A stretch of 64,000 bases of DNA from Eledone cirrhosa (taxonomy: Eukaryota). The translations under genes were made by a program, and so were the position numbers. Under the pieces are notes generated by a model. That model made no database searches, was not told where the DNA came from, and saw only the letters and a list, made by a program, of their open reading frames with translations. This document shows, piece by piece, positions 15,384 through 39,669 of the stretch; the first letter of the stretch is position 1, and the number at the start of each line of letters is the position of its first letter. The stretch spans positions 1 to 64,000 of the forward strand of contig CAXHJY010001003.1 of NCBI GenBank assembly GCA_964016885.1, read 5' to 3'.

Positions 15384-17779
15384 GCATAGAGTAGGTGAGC
15401 ATAGGAACCGTAGAAATAATAATGCTAATAATACTGATGGAAATAGAAAGAATAAAAAGAATAGAAGAAGATTGAATACATACTTCAACCCCCCTTTTAA
15501 TTCTGAAGTGGCTATAAATATTCCTAGGGCCTTCTTCTCTGTGCTAGAACGGAACTTCCCTCCTGGTAATAGGTACCACTCTATCCTCAATAAGAATGTT
15601 GTTAAACTTTCGTATTCTACAACCCAAAATCTGGCCTCTCATCTGGCCATTACTAATAATAAGAAAATAAAGGAAGGCCTGGACAACCTAAGCCTAGGGG
15701 AAAACACGGTAGTGGATAGAGTGGGCAGAAACACTGGTGGTGATCTTTCTGAGAATAGCATCACCAGAGGTTGTAACTGTAGAAGGGCTTCAGGCTGCGC
15801 CCTGAATGGTTTCTGCCTTGTTAGAAACATAGTTTATGCGTGTGATGTGGTAACTACGGCGTCCACTAAGACCTATATAGGATCAACCTCCACCCCCTTT
15901 AAGACCAGGTTTAACTCTCATCAATGCACTTTTAGACATAATAAACTGAGGAACTCCACCTCCTTGGCAGCGTACGTCCATAATTTAAAAAATGCACGAA
16001 CACGTTACACACTTACTTGGCGGCAGGTTGCTAAATCCCATCCATATACTCCTCATAGTAGAGTATGTAACCTGTGCCTTGCCGAATCCCACTCTATTAT
16101 ATTTGCTAAATGCCCTCTACTAAATAGAAAGTCTGAAATTTTTTCCTCTTGCCCCCACCGAATATTAAGCTCTTTCTTCTTTCTACTTTAAACCTGTTAG
16201 CTAGCACTTCCTTATTCCTCCAGTTGGGCTGTCTTGTGTAACTGTCTCTGACTGTGTGTAACTGTCTCCTATTGTTGGTCGTCTATGTATATGAGTCGGT
16301 GAATGTATACGTATGCCTGTGGGAGGATATTGATCTTGATATTGGGGTGTGCAGGGGAGTGTATGTTAATAAGCACCCCTGTTTGGCACAGTGGATGTAA
16401 CCCATCCACGCTGGCCTACCCACCATTAGTGCATTGGTGGACCTATCCTGACGTATATCTTGTTGATCTGTACCTCTGTATGCGCATGAGTTGTGATGTA
16501 ATGTATTTATGTAAAGCGTGTACTGCGATTTAGGCTGCACTAGTAGAAATTTAGCCTGTAACTGTGGGCGGACCCGTGCCATCCCGCCGTAAGCAGTGGA
16601 TACGTGGCGCATGTACGTGTTGCCCTCATATTCTGTGGTTTAAGATCTACAGGCTGACCTCTGGGAGCTCTTACCCGGGGTTGTAGTCTTTCTAGCACGA
16701 TCGGCCTTCCATATATTGACGGTCGTTTTTATGATCCCGAAAGTAACGTTTTGGCCCCGATAGCCCTCCGTAGTTACTAACGGTCTGTGTACACTCGAAT
16801 CGGTCAATGGCACGTGCGGACATGAATATCTCCGTAGGATTTCAACTTTATTTTACTACATCTCATCGTATGTATTTGTTTTGAATGTATTACCTGTGGT
16901 GGTGGGTCTGGTCTAATGTGGTATTTCGGTGTTTAATATCAGCTTTGACCCGGGTGTCCTACGCTGTGTGTGTGTGCGTGTGTGTCCGTGTATACATTTA
17001 TATGTGTATGGGTGTAGGTGGTTGTATGTGTCTGTATATATAAAAATATATATATATATATATGTATACCGTCTCTGCATATGCATGTGGTGTGTATACG
17101 TGCATATACGTGCTGAACATATTGATGTGTACAATCTTGTGATGTCCCAATGCGGTGACTTAATGGCTCTTGAAGCTATTTTTTATATATCTTCTGTCTT
17201 TATATATATTTTGTATGCGCTACAACTGTGTCTGCTTGCTTTAACCCGCCTGCACCTCGCTTGCTAATGCACGTGAATTCTTCTACCTCCTTCGATGCAC
17301 CTCTCTCTGACCATTGGACTCCTGCCCGTGTGTGAACCGGTTTGTGATTACCCCACTGCTCAACTGTGTGAATGCACACCCATGACTTTCGAGTGAACTT
17401 TCGAGACTGCCCAACCTGGGACGCCTCCATTGCCTTGCAATGGTCAAGTGATACTGGTGACTGTGACACTTAGTGCCTTCGTGGGCCCTTGATGTTTTCA
17501 AGAAATATATTTTTAAAAAATGGTCAAGTGATACACATAACTGTGACACTTAGTGCCTTCGTGGGCCCCTGATATATTCAAGAGATATATTCTAAAAAAA
17601 TATATATCTTATCTCAATTTACTTTATTTCATTTTATTTTATTTCATTTCATGTTATCTAATTTTATTTATTTACTTACTTGACTCCATTTATTTATTTA
17701 TTTATTTATTTAAATTTAAATTTGAATTTTAATTTTAATTTTAAAATTTAAATTTAAATTTTATTTATTTATTTAATTT

Positions 17780-17827
<48 letters not shown>

Positions 17828-18484
17828 TTACATTTAATTATACATTTAATTATATCTTATATTATATTATTTTAATTTAGTCTATGTTATTTGATTTTAG
17901 TTTACCTTATTTTATCTTATTTTACGATTATATTATATTATGTTCTATGTATATAATTTTTAATTTTAATTTTATATTATTTTATCTCATTCCTTACCCT
18001 ATATTTTATATGTAAGTTTGTTATGTATTTCTTTGTATTTCTTTATATTTTCTTATTTATATATATTATAAGTCTGTTTTTCACCTATTTTTTACCTATT
18101 TTTTTACCTATTTTTTACCTACTCTTACCTACTCTTACCTAATCCCATCTATCTTATCTACTCTTGTCTGTTCTCTTATCCATGTGTCTACTCTTGTCTG
18201 TTCTCTTATCCATGTGTATGCTTGTATGTAACTATATGTTGACAGCACCCCACCCAACTGTGACTGATAGCACCCCTTATTTTTATTTTTACTTTTATTT
18301 TTATTCTTATCCTTTATCGTCTATTATTACCTTTCATTCTTCAATGTCTTGGATTTGTTATTGCTTGTATGGTATGTAATTAACCTTTATGCTCTGATGA
18401 GTCCCACTTATAGTGCGGATGAAACAATGTTAGCAAGTAAAGATATGCATATGCTATAAGCGTTCTTTGTTATTTATTATATTA
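15384..18484 (+). mobile_element. 5'-truncated inverted copy of the same Penelope element (GIY-YIG half + 3' UTR)
   Basis: Reverse complement of 10160-13203; the ORF ends map 12396 to 16191. ORF 15472-16191 encodes the identical GIY-YIG domain. Confidence 0.95.
18385..18442 (+). ncRNA. Minimal type I hammerhead ribozyme in the inverted Penelope copy
   Basis: Same 58-nt motif, on the + strand. Confidence 0.85.
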
Positions 18485-18538
18485 TATATATGTATATGTA
18501 TTTATATATATATGTATTTATATATATGTATATATATG

Positions 18539-18569
<31 letters not shown>

Positions 18570-18748
18570 GTATACATATATATATATGTATATATATATA
18601 TATATGTATATATATGTATATATATGTATATGTATATATATGTATATAAACATATATATATGTATATATATGTATATGTATATATATGTATATAAACATA
18701 TATATATGTATGTATATGTATATATATGTATATAAACATATATATATG

Positions 18749-18779
<31 letters not shown>

Positions 18780-18832
18780 GTATATGTATGTATATGTATA
18801 TATATATGTATATATATATATGTATATGTATG

Positions 18833-18863
<31 letters not shown>

Positions 18864-19398
18864 GTATGTATATATATATATATGTATATATATATATGTA
18901 TGTATATATATATATATGTATATGTATGTATATATATATATATGTATATATGTATATGTATGTATATATATATATGTATATATATATATATGTATATGTA
19001 TGTATATATGTATATATATATATATGTATGTATGTATATATGTATATATATATATATGTATGTATGTATATATGTATATATATATATATGTATGTATATA
19101 TATATATGTATATATGTATGTATATATATATATGTATATGTATATATATGTATATGTATATATATGTATATGTATATATATGTATATGTATATATATGTA
19201 TATGTATATGTATGTATATGTATGTATATGTATATGTATGTATATGTATATGTATGTATGTGTATGTATGTGTATGTATATGTATGTATATGTATATATA
19301 TGTATATGTATATATATGTATATATGTATATATATGTATATATGTATATGTATATATGTATATGTATATATGTATATATATGTATATATCTATCTATC
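18485..19398. repeat. Interrupted (TA)n/(TATG)n microsatellite
   Basis: Seen directly. Confidence 0.97.
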
Positions 19399-20069
19399 TA
19401 AGGCGGGTAAAATTCCCGAGATCCATGGACAAGTTCTCTCCAGCGGTCTCTGTCCCTCATTATCGCTGCCATGTCCTGCGTCTCCAACAGGCCAGTGTCT
19501 GTCCTTAGGGCATCAACATACGTTAACTTCTACTTCTAGTGTGTCCATGTAGGGGCTCCCAAAGGAGCACTGAGTGCAATGTCAACTCTGGATGTCGGTG
19601 AGCATGTCCAGCCAACCTCAGTTTCCTCTGTGTCACTTTTGAGCTGACTTTTGGGATGCTCCCATACAGCTCTGAGTTTTTCATCCTCTGTGTATGTGTA
19701 TACTGATTAATGTTCAGAGCCATCCTCAGCATTCTCGTGTAGCACCCATCCACCATCTGAGTGAGTTTCTTGGTCAGTGTCCAAGTCTCAGACCCATACA
19801 GCAGCACAGACTCCACTACAGCAATGAAGAGGGGGATTTTCAGGTTTCTACGAAGGTCCGACTTCCACACCGATCTCAAGCTGTGGCACGCCGCCCAGGC
19901 CTTGCTCTTCCTCTCAACCACATCATCTTCCGTATTCCCAATCTTTTCTCCCAAACACAGGAAGTCCTCAACCAATTCCAGCGGCTTCCCGCCTACATTA
20001 GTGTTCCCCTCTGGCTTCTCAACATTCTCTACCAGATATTTTGTTTTAGTCTCATTCATTCTCAGCCTC
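19399..20069 (-). mobile_element. 3' fragment of a third RTE-group LINE (no PHD insert)
   Basis: ORF 19523-20071 has [41 protein letters not shown]. Both ends lie in TA/TAGA tracts. Confidence 0.85.
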
Positions 20070-20275
20070 ATATATATACATATACATATATATACATATT
20101 TACATATACATAAATATGTATGTATGTATATGTATATATATGTCTATGTATATATGTATATGTATATATGTATATGTATATAATATATATATATGTATAT
20201 ATATGTGTATATATATATATATATGTATGTATGTATATGTATATATGTATGTATATATATATATGTATATATATG

Positions 20276-20320
<45 letters not shown>

Positions 20321-20321
20321 G

Positions 20322-20400
<79 letters not shown>

Positions 20401-20445
20401 GTATATATATGTATGTATATATATATATATATATGTATATATATG

Positions 20446-20492
<47 letters not shown>

Positions 20493-20613
20493 GTATGTAT
20501 ATATATATGTATATATATATGTATGTATATATATATGTATGTATATATATATGTATGTATATATATGTATATATATATGTATATATATATATATATGTAT
20601 GTATATATGTATG

Positions 20614-20644
<31 letters not shown>

Positions 20645-20889
20645 GTATATATATATATATGTATGTATATATATATATATATGTATATATATGTATATAT
20701 ATATGTATATATATATATATGTATGTATATATATATATATATGTATATATATGTATATATATATGTATATATATATATATGTATGTATATATATATATAT
20801 GTATGTATATATATATATATGTATATATATATATGTATGTATATATATGTATATATATATATATGTATGTATATATATATATATGTATG

Positions 20890-20946
<57 letters not shown>

Positions 20947-21023
20947 GTATGTATATATATATATATATGTATGTATATATATATATATGTATGTATATAT
21001 ATGTATATATATATATATGTATG

Positions 21024-21054
<31 letters not shown>

Positions 21055-21055
21055 G

Positions 21056-21114
<59 letters not shown>

Positions 21115-21433
21115 TATATATGTATATGTATATATATGTATATATATGTATATATGTATATATATATGTATATATGTATATATATGTATATATGTATATA
21201 TGTATATATATGTATATGTATATATATGTATATATATTATATATGTATATGTATATATATGTATATATATGTATATATATATATATGTATATATGTATAT
21301 ATGTATATATATGTATATATATATATATGTATATATGTATATATATGTATATATATATATATGTATATATATGTATATATGTATATATGTATATATATAT
21401 ATATGTATATATATGTATATATGTATATATATA

Positions 21434-21466
<33 letters not shown>

Positions 21467-21509
21467 ATATGTATATATATATATATGTATATGTATATAT
21501 ATACATATG

Positions 21510-21542
<33 letters not shown>

Positions 21543-21963
21543 GTATATATATGTATATATATGTATATATATGTATATATATATATATGTATATATGTAT
21601 ATATATATATGTATATATATATATGTATATATGTATATATATATATGTATATATGTATGTATATATATGTATATATATGTATATATATATATGTATATAT
21701 GTATGTATATGTATGTATATATATGTATATATATATATATATGTATATATATGTATATATATGTATATATGTATATATGTATGTATATGTATGTATATAT
21801 ATATATATGTATATATATGTATATATGTATGTATATGTATGTATATATATATATGTATATATATATATATGTATATATATATATGTATATATATATATGT
21901 GTATATATATATATATGTATATATATATATGTATATATATGTATATGTATATATATGTATATG

Positions 21964-21994
<31 letters not shown>

Positions 21995-22201
21995 GTATAT
22001 ATATATATGTATATATATGTATATATATATATGTATATATATGTATATATATATACATATATATATATGTATATATATATATACATATATATATATATGT
22101 ATGTATATATATATATATGTATATATATATGTATATATATATGTATATATATATGTATATATATATGTATATGTATTTATATATGTATATATACATATAT
22201 A
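20070..22201. repeat. Interrupted (TA)n microsatellite, about 2.1 kb
   Basis: Seen directly. Confidence 0.97.
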
Positions 22202-23793
22202 CGTAGGCACTAAACTGGTTGCACGCATCATCAATCAGGCTATATATGGTGGTGTCATACCCAAAGACTGGTGCAGCAGTATTCTCATAAATTGCTACAA
22301 AGGTAAAGGGGATGCTTTGGAGAGGAGCAATTATAGGGGCATAAAACTGATAGATCAGGTTATGAAAGTGGCAGAAAGGATTTTAGCACAACTAATTAGA
22401 GAAAGGGTCAAACTAGATGAGATGCAGTTTGGTTTTGTGCCTGGGAAGAGTACAACAGATGCCCTCTTCTTGGTGAGACAAATGCAAGAGAGGTTCTTAG
22501 AGAAGAATAAGCCACTATACTTAGCCTTTGTTGACCTAGAGAAGGCCTTTGATAGGGTACCCCGATCTGTCATCTGGTGGTCCCTAAGGAAGCTGGGTGT
22601 TGAGGAATGGCTTGTAAGGACAGTGCAAACTTTGTACAGAGGTACTCTCAGTAAAGTCAGGGTAGGAATGGAGTTTAGTGAGGAATTCCAGATACAAGTA
22701 GGAGTACATCAGGGTTCGGTCCTCAGCCCGCTCTTGTTCATTATAGTCCTCCAAGCCATAACAGAGGAGTTTAAGACTGGCTGTCCATGGGAACTTCTCT
22801 ATGCTGACGATCTGGCTCTTATGGCAGAATCAGTAGAGGAGCTAGAGAATAAATTCCGGCTATGGAAACAGCAGTTGGAAGCAAGAGGACTGAGAGTAAA
22901 TCTAGCTAAGACAAAAGTGTTGATGAGTAGAAAAGAGGACAAAACCCTGATTCCGTCAGGGAAATGGCCATGTTCGATATGCAGAAAAGGAACTGGCATA
23001 AATTCTATAAAATGCACACAATGTAGGTCCTGGGTACACAAGAGATGTAGCGGGATAGCAGGCAAACTAACAGGTAGGGAGAAATATGTATGCAGTAGAT
23101 GTACAGGGAAATTAGACAGTAGAAGTCGCACTGATAGACACATTTTTCAAATGCGAGAGGGCGCTATAGAAGTGGTGGATAGCTTCCGGTACCTAGGAGA
23201 TCAGATTAGCATGGGAGGAGGGTGTTCCGAGGCCATATTATCTAGAATAAGGACGGGTTGGAAGAAGTTTAGGGAGCTGCTTCCTCTGTTGACGAAGAAG
23301 GGTTTCTCCCTGCGTACGAAAGGCCGGTTGTATGATGCCTGTGTGAGGAGCGCGATGCTGCATGGTAGTGAGACATGGGCAGCTACCGCAGAAGATATGC
23401 GACGGTTGGAGAGAAATGAGGCAAGTATGCTCCGTTGGATGTGCAGTGTAAATGTGCGTGAACGACCCAGCATAAATGTGTTGAAAGAGAAACTGTGTCT
23501 GAGAGGGATAGAATGTAGTGTACGGGAGAGGAGACTGAGGTGGTATGGACATGTGATGCGCATGGAGGATGACCGATGGGTGAAGAAGTGCCAGGAAATG
23601 CCAGTTGAAGGAAGACGTGGTAGAGGTAGACCACGAAAAACATGGGCGGAGGTGGTGAGAACAGACCTCAGATCATTGAAGCTCACGGTGGAGATGACGA
23701 GGGACCGTGACGAGTGGAGAGATGCTGTACTGAATAAGACCCGTCCCACCCTTGCAAGCAGGGAAAAGCGGACGTAAAATGATGATGATGATG

Positions 23794-23798
<5 letters not shown>
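22202..23798 (+). mobile_element. 5'-truncated RTE LINE, family B (RT + PHD, open to stop at 23777, (GAT)n tail)
   Basis: Open frame with [18 protein letters not shown] and GRPRKTW. The terminal stem-loop CCCTTGCAAGCAGGG is followed by GGACGTAAAA(TGA)n. Confidence 0.92.
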
Positions 23799-24572
<774 letters not shown>

Positions 24573-25920
24573 AGACGACCTGACACTCATAGCGGAATCA
24601 ATGGCCGAGCTAGAGAAGAAATTCCAAACATGGAAGCACGGCCTAGAGTCAAAAGGACTTAAAATTAACCTGGCTAAGACCAAAGTACTAGTTTGTAGGA
24701 AAGAAAACAAGGCGGCGGTCCCTTCTGGGAAATGGTCGTGCTCGGTGTGTAGGAAAGGCGTAGGTAGAAACTCCATTTTATGTCCTAAATGCAAAGTATG
24801 GGTGCATAAAAGATGTAGTGGGATCACAGGTAAGCTAACTAAGAACAGATTTTACATGTGGCCGGTGCTCTGGTGCAATAAGTAGCAGCAAGTGCCCACA
24901 AGCTACTAGCTCTTTCAATTGCGCAGAGGGTTCTATAGAAATAGTGGACAGCTTCCGTTACCTGGGCGATAAAATCAGCAGTGGGGGAGGGTGCTCTGAA
25001 AGTACTGTAGCTAGAGTCAGAACTGGTTGGAAAAAGTTCAGAGAGCTTATACCACTATTAGCTGCTAAAGGGTTCTCACTAAAAATGAAAGGCAGGTTGT
25101 ACGATGCCTGCATACGAACAGCAATGCTGCATGGCAGTGAGACCTGGGCATTGTGTGCAGAGGATATACGCAGACTAGAGAGGAACGAAGCTTGCATGCT
25201 CCGCTGGATGTGTAACAGTAATATACGTGAACGGCAAAGCATAAACGAACTAAGGAAAAAATTAGAGATAAGAGGGATCAGATGTTGTTTACTCGAGAGA
25301 AGGCTACGTTGGTATGGACACGTGATGCGCATGAAAGTCGATAGCTGTATAACAAAGTGCAGGGCAATAAAGATAGACGGTAGTCACGGAATAGGCAGAC
25401 CTAGAAAAACCTGGGACGAGCTGATAAACTCCGACATCACACACTTACACCTCTCCAAGACAATGTCACTGGACCGAGACCTTTGGCGGTACTCAGTAAC
25501 AGAGAAGACCCGCCTTACCTAAATATATAGTAAAACCTACTCCAGCCAGTAGGCATCCCTAACAAAATACACCCCGTCCCACCACCCCCACCCCTACCCC
25601 ATCCACACCACCCCGTTCTATGTAAAGTTATGTTGGTGCCGCGCCATCGAGGCCGAAACAAATGAGATCGTGTAGGTGTCACGACAAAAAAACACACAGT
25701 CCACGCTGTAATGTGGCCGTGTAGGCAACACGGTAAAAACCTCCCAGACCCACACTGTAAATGTGGTTGGTGTTAGGAAGGGCATCCAACTGTAGAAAAC
25801 CTGCCAGACAGTCCTATGCGAGCAAGACAATCACTCTTGCCTCAAGTGGGACTACCCCCGTCCAAACCCATGCAAGCGTGGAACACGGACGTTAAACGTT
25901 GATGATGATGATGATGATGA
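24573..25920 (+). mobile_element. 5'-truncated RTE family A (copy 2), near-identical to copy 1, with a 2-bp deletion near 24847
   Basis: Reverse complement of 1-1294. Complete 3' UTR, CCATGCAAGCGTGG hairpin and (GAT)n tail. Confidence 0.95.
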
Positions 25921-34866
<8,946 letters not shown>

Positions 34867-34975
34867 GTGTGTGTGTGCATGTGTATATGTGTGTGTGTAT
34901 ACCTCCCCCACCCCCCCCCCACCCCTTCACATGCCCTGTCTCAAGGATTATTAACATACATTCTTTTGTATCTAG

Positions 34976-35200
<225 letters not shown>

Positions 35201-35525
35201 TAGTTTGTAGCTGCTTTATGTAGTGCATGTTTACAAACAGGTAGCATTATCTTTGAGTGCTGCTGCTGCTACTTTTGCATTTGTTGTCTTACTCTCTTCT
35301 CATTAACTTCTTTTTCTTTCTCTTTTATTTTTTGGCTTACTCTGGTGTTGTTTTCTCTATTTATCTGATATCTCTCACACTGTCTGTCTTTCTTTCTTGC
35401 ACACTCTTTCACTTACACAATGGCTTCAACATGCTTTCTTCAAATAAATTTCTGCATGCTATTGTAATTTTTCAATAATATAGATTTTATTTTTACTGAA
35501 TATCATAGCAAAAAATTTATGATTA

Positions 35526-38500
35526 AATTTTTTGTTACCATATTTCTAATAAAAAAAACACTGCCTATGATTTAAAAAGAAAATGAATGTAATCAGGAAT
35601 TTAGAGCGAATTAGTAATACAACTAACTTTCTCATTATTAAACTGGTGTTTAGAACACAGGTTCCTTCATAAAATTATAGTAGAAGACTTTTAGATAAAT
35701 ATAAGCACTTTAATGTAGTTTTGTGTCATAGAACCATAGCTGGTTTCAGGAGGCTTGGTGTTAAAATGGTTAATATTACAATAAAGGTTTGGAGAAAAAT
35801 AATAGGGATTCTCATAAAGATGGACTGTGTTTTATAGAACTTGCTTAATCTCAGAATGTATGGTAGAAGAGTTGAGTGAAGCTATCTAGGTTTAAAGCTA
35901 CAATTTTAGTTTAGTACTTCTTGGACTGACATCAACAGACATTCTGTAAGACAGTTGATCAGAATGTGTGGTTCAAGTTCTGTCAAAGTGTCCATTCATT
36001 TTTAATAAAGTACCTGTCAAGTACTGAGGTTAATTTAATTAATTAGCCACTTCCCTCAAAATTTCTGGCCTTGTGTCTGTTAGAAACAGCTGTTAGTAAT
36101 ACAATTATAACACTTAAAACTGAGTATTCTGCCGATTAATTCCTACCCAATCTTCTTTCTTTTAATTACAGTTAATTCTCTTGATTGGTAAAAATATATA
36201 GACTATTTTAATGTCTCAGTAGTGCATGGCCTGGTGGTTAGGGTACTGGACTCATAATAATAAGGTTGTGGGTTCGATTCCTGAATGGTGGTGCATTGTG
36301 TTCTTGAGCAAGATACTTCATTTCACATTGATTTTATGATTGGACTGGCACCTCTATAATTAAAACACAATAAACCTATGAAATGCAAATTTGTAGGAGA
36401 CCAGCTAAACTTCATAGGTGTGAGCTCTAACATATGTTATATATAATGCCCCAAAGCAGCTACTGTAAGGGATAGGTGTCAATTATCTAAAAAATTCAAT
36501 ATAATATACTTCTTCAAAGGGTTGTAAATTATTCAAATAAACAGCTTATTGAATTAATAGTAAAAATTAATTTTTAAAGTAGCAACCTGGTGAAATCAGC
36601 ATTGGACCTAGGCAAGCTGACAAAGTACTAGCTGCATACCAATAGGTTTCTCAGCATACCCATCACTGGGAACATCTGGTATCTCCTTGAATCACCTTCC
36701 TACTTACTGCAATTGGGATAGCTCTTTCAGCACATAACATTTGTCATCCTCATTCACCAGTCCACCAGGATCATAAAGCAACAATAAAATAAAACATTTG
36801 TATAGATAGTTAGGAAATTTTGATATGAAGGAATTTAACATAACAGTAATTAATATAGAACTCATCTAAAAATATATGTATTTATTTATTTTGTTAATTT
36901 ACATTTGTATTCTTCTTACTAACATTAAACCAACTGTATAACCACTTATTCCTAATTGGAATGCATTAATTAGCAAATTTATTAATCCTTTTACTTTATT
37001 TCATCTAAAATATTTTGGAGACCTTTTGTAAGTTAATTATTCTTTTTTAGTTTTTCTATGAAAGAAAATTTTTGAAAGTTAATTAAGAGATTTTTTACAC
37101 GTTTGACTCTTTCATTACCATATATCTAATGAAAGACGGTATCTATAATTTTCAAATTTGGAAAGAATTAGTTGAATAACTAACTTCCTCATTGTTAAGT
37201 TGGTATTTGGAAGATAACTTAATAAAAGTTCTTATAAAATTATGATGGAAGTTTTTAGATAAATACTTAAAGATAAATAAAACTTTAAAATAAACAGTTT
37301 TGTATTGTAGAACTAAGAGCAGTTTCAGGAGGCTTGGTATCAAAAAGGTTAAAAATATTCATAAAGAGCATCAGTGTGATAAATTTTTAAACTAATTTTT
37401 CTTTATAATAATTTGTATTGATGGAAGAGGCTGTGTCCAAGGTCCCCCCCTTGTAAGCCATCAGAAATCAGTGATATCAACATTTTTAATGTTCTTGAAC
37501 ATCAAAGTCAAGTCAACTACTGAAGGCAAAAAAATTTTTTATAAAAACATGGACAGGGAGTGAATCCCACGGCATTGATATTCTGAGGAAGAAGGACTAG
37601 GCACAATGTTCACTATGTTATGGGGCAGGAGATTTTACATACATTGGTTTGATGTAGGTAAAAATAGGTTACTGGAACATATGGCTGTTAAAACTTGCCA
37701 ATAGAGTAGTTTCATATATTTTAACATTCATTGAAGGCACGTAGCCTAGTAGTTAGTGTGTTGGACTTATAAAGTTGTGGGTTCAATTCCTGTACTCGGT
37801 CACTATTTACTTGTAAAAACCAAATGACAACTATTCAATATGTTCAACATGTTTGCAATTTAGTATTGAACTTCTATTTTCTCCAGGTATGATATTGGTT
37901 CTACATATTCATTGGAATGTCTAAAACATGACACCTTAACCCTTTTAATACACTGATTATTTTCAAATCATTTTGAAAATAATCAAGAATTTGTGGGGAT
38001 TCAGTAATATAATTAACTTTCCCATTATACAGCTGGTGTTTTTTGGACCATAATTTAACTTGATACAAAACCACCTAGTTCTATGATACTAAGCAGTTAA
38101 TTTTAAAAGTGTATATATTTATGTAAAAACCCTCTATCATAATTTTATGTAAGAATGTTTCTTTTGTTCCAGACACTAACTTGATAATGAGAAAGTTAAT
38201 TATATTACTAAATTCTGCCAAATTCTTGATTATTTAAAAAAAATTAACTGAAAATTTTAGGTAGTGTTTTTTACATTAGAAATATGGTAATGAAAGTGTT
38301 AAAGATTCTTACATAAAAATTATGATGAAAAGCTTTTAAATAAAGAATAAACAACTTAATGTCATAGAACCAGTGGCAGTTTCAGGCAGTTTGGTATCAA
38401 AAAGGTTAATTATTCACACTGAATATTTAGTTCCAAACTAAATGTTCAGTGTGTCTACTTATGAATCTTAAGAAGATTAATAACATGTTCACTCCATTGA

Positions 38501-39669
38501 CTATCTCCTATCCTTTACAAAGATTAGTTTTATGTCTTGTCTAAAAGAAAACTAACCCAGTTTGCTGGAATCATATGTATAACCATAAGTAGAACATAGT
38601 TTGTTGTTATTTTTGTTTGTTTCTTTTTTTAGTTGTAGTATTTCTTTAAAGATTTCGATGTTTCGTTTTTGTTTTGTTCTTAAAAATGATTGAAATGTTT
38701 TTTACAGAATCTATATATAATTTATTTGAAGTTATAGTACTATGGTTTATAAATTATTCTAGATTCATGGCTTTATATACATTTATTTACTTCTCTGTAA
38801 ATAAATAGAATCATCCTGTATTAAAGTCAAGGTAATTTGAAATTGGGGAGGGGGTCGTTTAGATCACTGAAAAGGCTTTGCAGTATCTGATTGGGTTCAA
38901 CTCCCACCTCCTATCAGGAATTGTGGCTGCCAAATAGTGTTAGCAATGGCAAGACCAATGGGAACATTGCTTCATTAGTCCAATCTGACAATTAGCTCCT
39001 TTCCTTTTACTTGTTATTGCTTTCTTTTAAACAATATTTGCTTCATAATGAAGAATACAGTTACTTTGATTGTTCATCACTTTATGTGCTTCTTTACTCA
39101 TCACTTCAGTCTAGAACATATTTCTTTCAAATTATTTTTGTTTTTAATTTCATATTTTTTATACAGTTGGGTTTGAGTCCCACTTCTAGGTTTAATCCCT
39201 GTTACACAGTACATTGAACAAATGTTTTCTGCCATTGTCTTGGGTTGAATTTGTAGATTGAATCGCATTCACATACAAGTATGTATGTGTGTGTGTGCCC
39301 GTATCTGTTAATTTTTTTAATTTTTTTAAAGGAGAAAATAAGTGTCATTTCAAAGGAATTACTTTCTTTTATTTATCTAAAAGACATTGTTTTTTTTCAT
39401 TCTTTGAATGAACAAATATCAAATTAATCGTTTTTCATGTTATAACAACAGTGTTACAAATATTTGCAAATATGTTTAAATATATACATAAATAACATAA
39501 CAATATATAAAATCATGAACAAAAATGATAAAGGAAAGAAAGAACGAAAAAGAGGGTGGGGGTTGTAGTATAACTAGCTTTGACATTATTAGGTTGGTGT
39601 TTGGAATTTAAACTTCACTACAGATTTTACAAAATATTATGATGGCAGGTTTGGTGTCAAAAGAGTTAA
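35526..39669. mobile_element. Cluster of degenerate piggyBac-type MITE copies (about 35526-35773, 37105-37352, 37936-38100, 38105-38302, 38320-38409, 39590-39669)
   Basis: Recurrent ends TTAACCC/TTTT..TACC and GGTATCAAAAAGGTTAA, plus shared internal motifs (CTGGTGTTT, CATAGAACC, GTTTCAGG.GG.TTGGT). Confidence 0.6.
36222..36330 (+). mobile_element. tRNA-derived SINE (related heads near 37733-37792 and 47680-47800)
   Basis: A box TGGCCTGGTGGT and B box GGTTCGATTCC, followed by a TTGTGTTCTTGAGCAAGATACTT body; no tRNA cloverleaf. Confidence 0.7.

Noticed and set aside
20193-23777. Apparent 1194-aa fusion of a YI-repeat to reverse transcriptase
   Set aside because: A chance open frame running through the TA tract into a 5'-truncated RTE.
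36222-36290. tRNA genes suggested by A/B boxes (also 37735, 41245, 45390)
   Set aside because: No acceptor stem or cloverleaf, and they run into SINE bodies.
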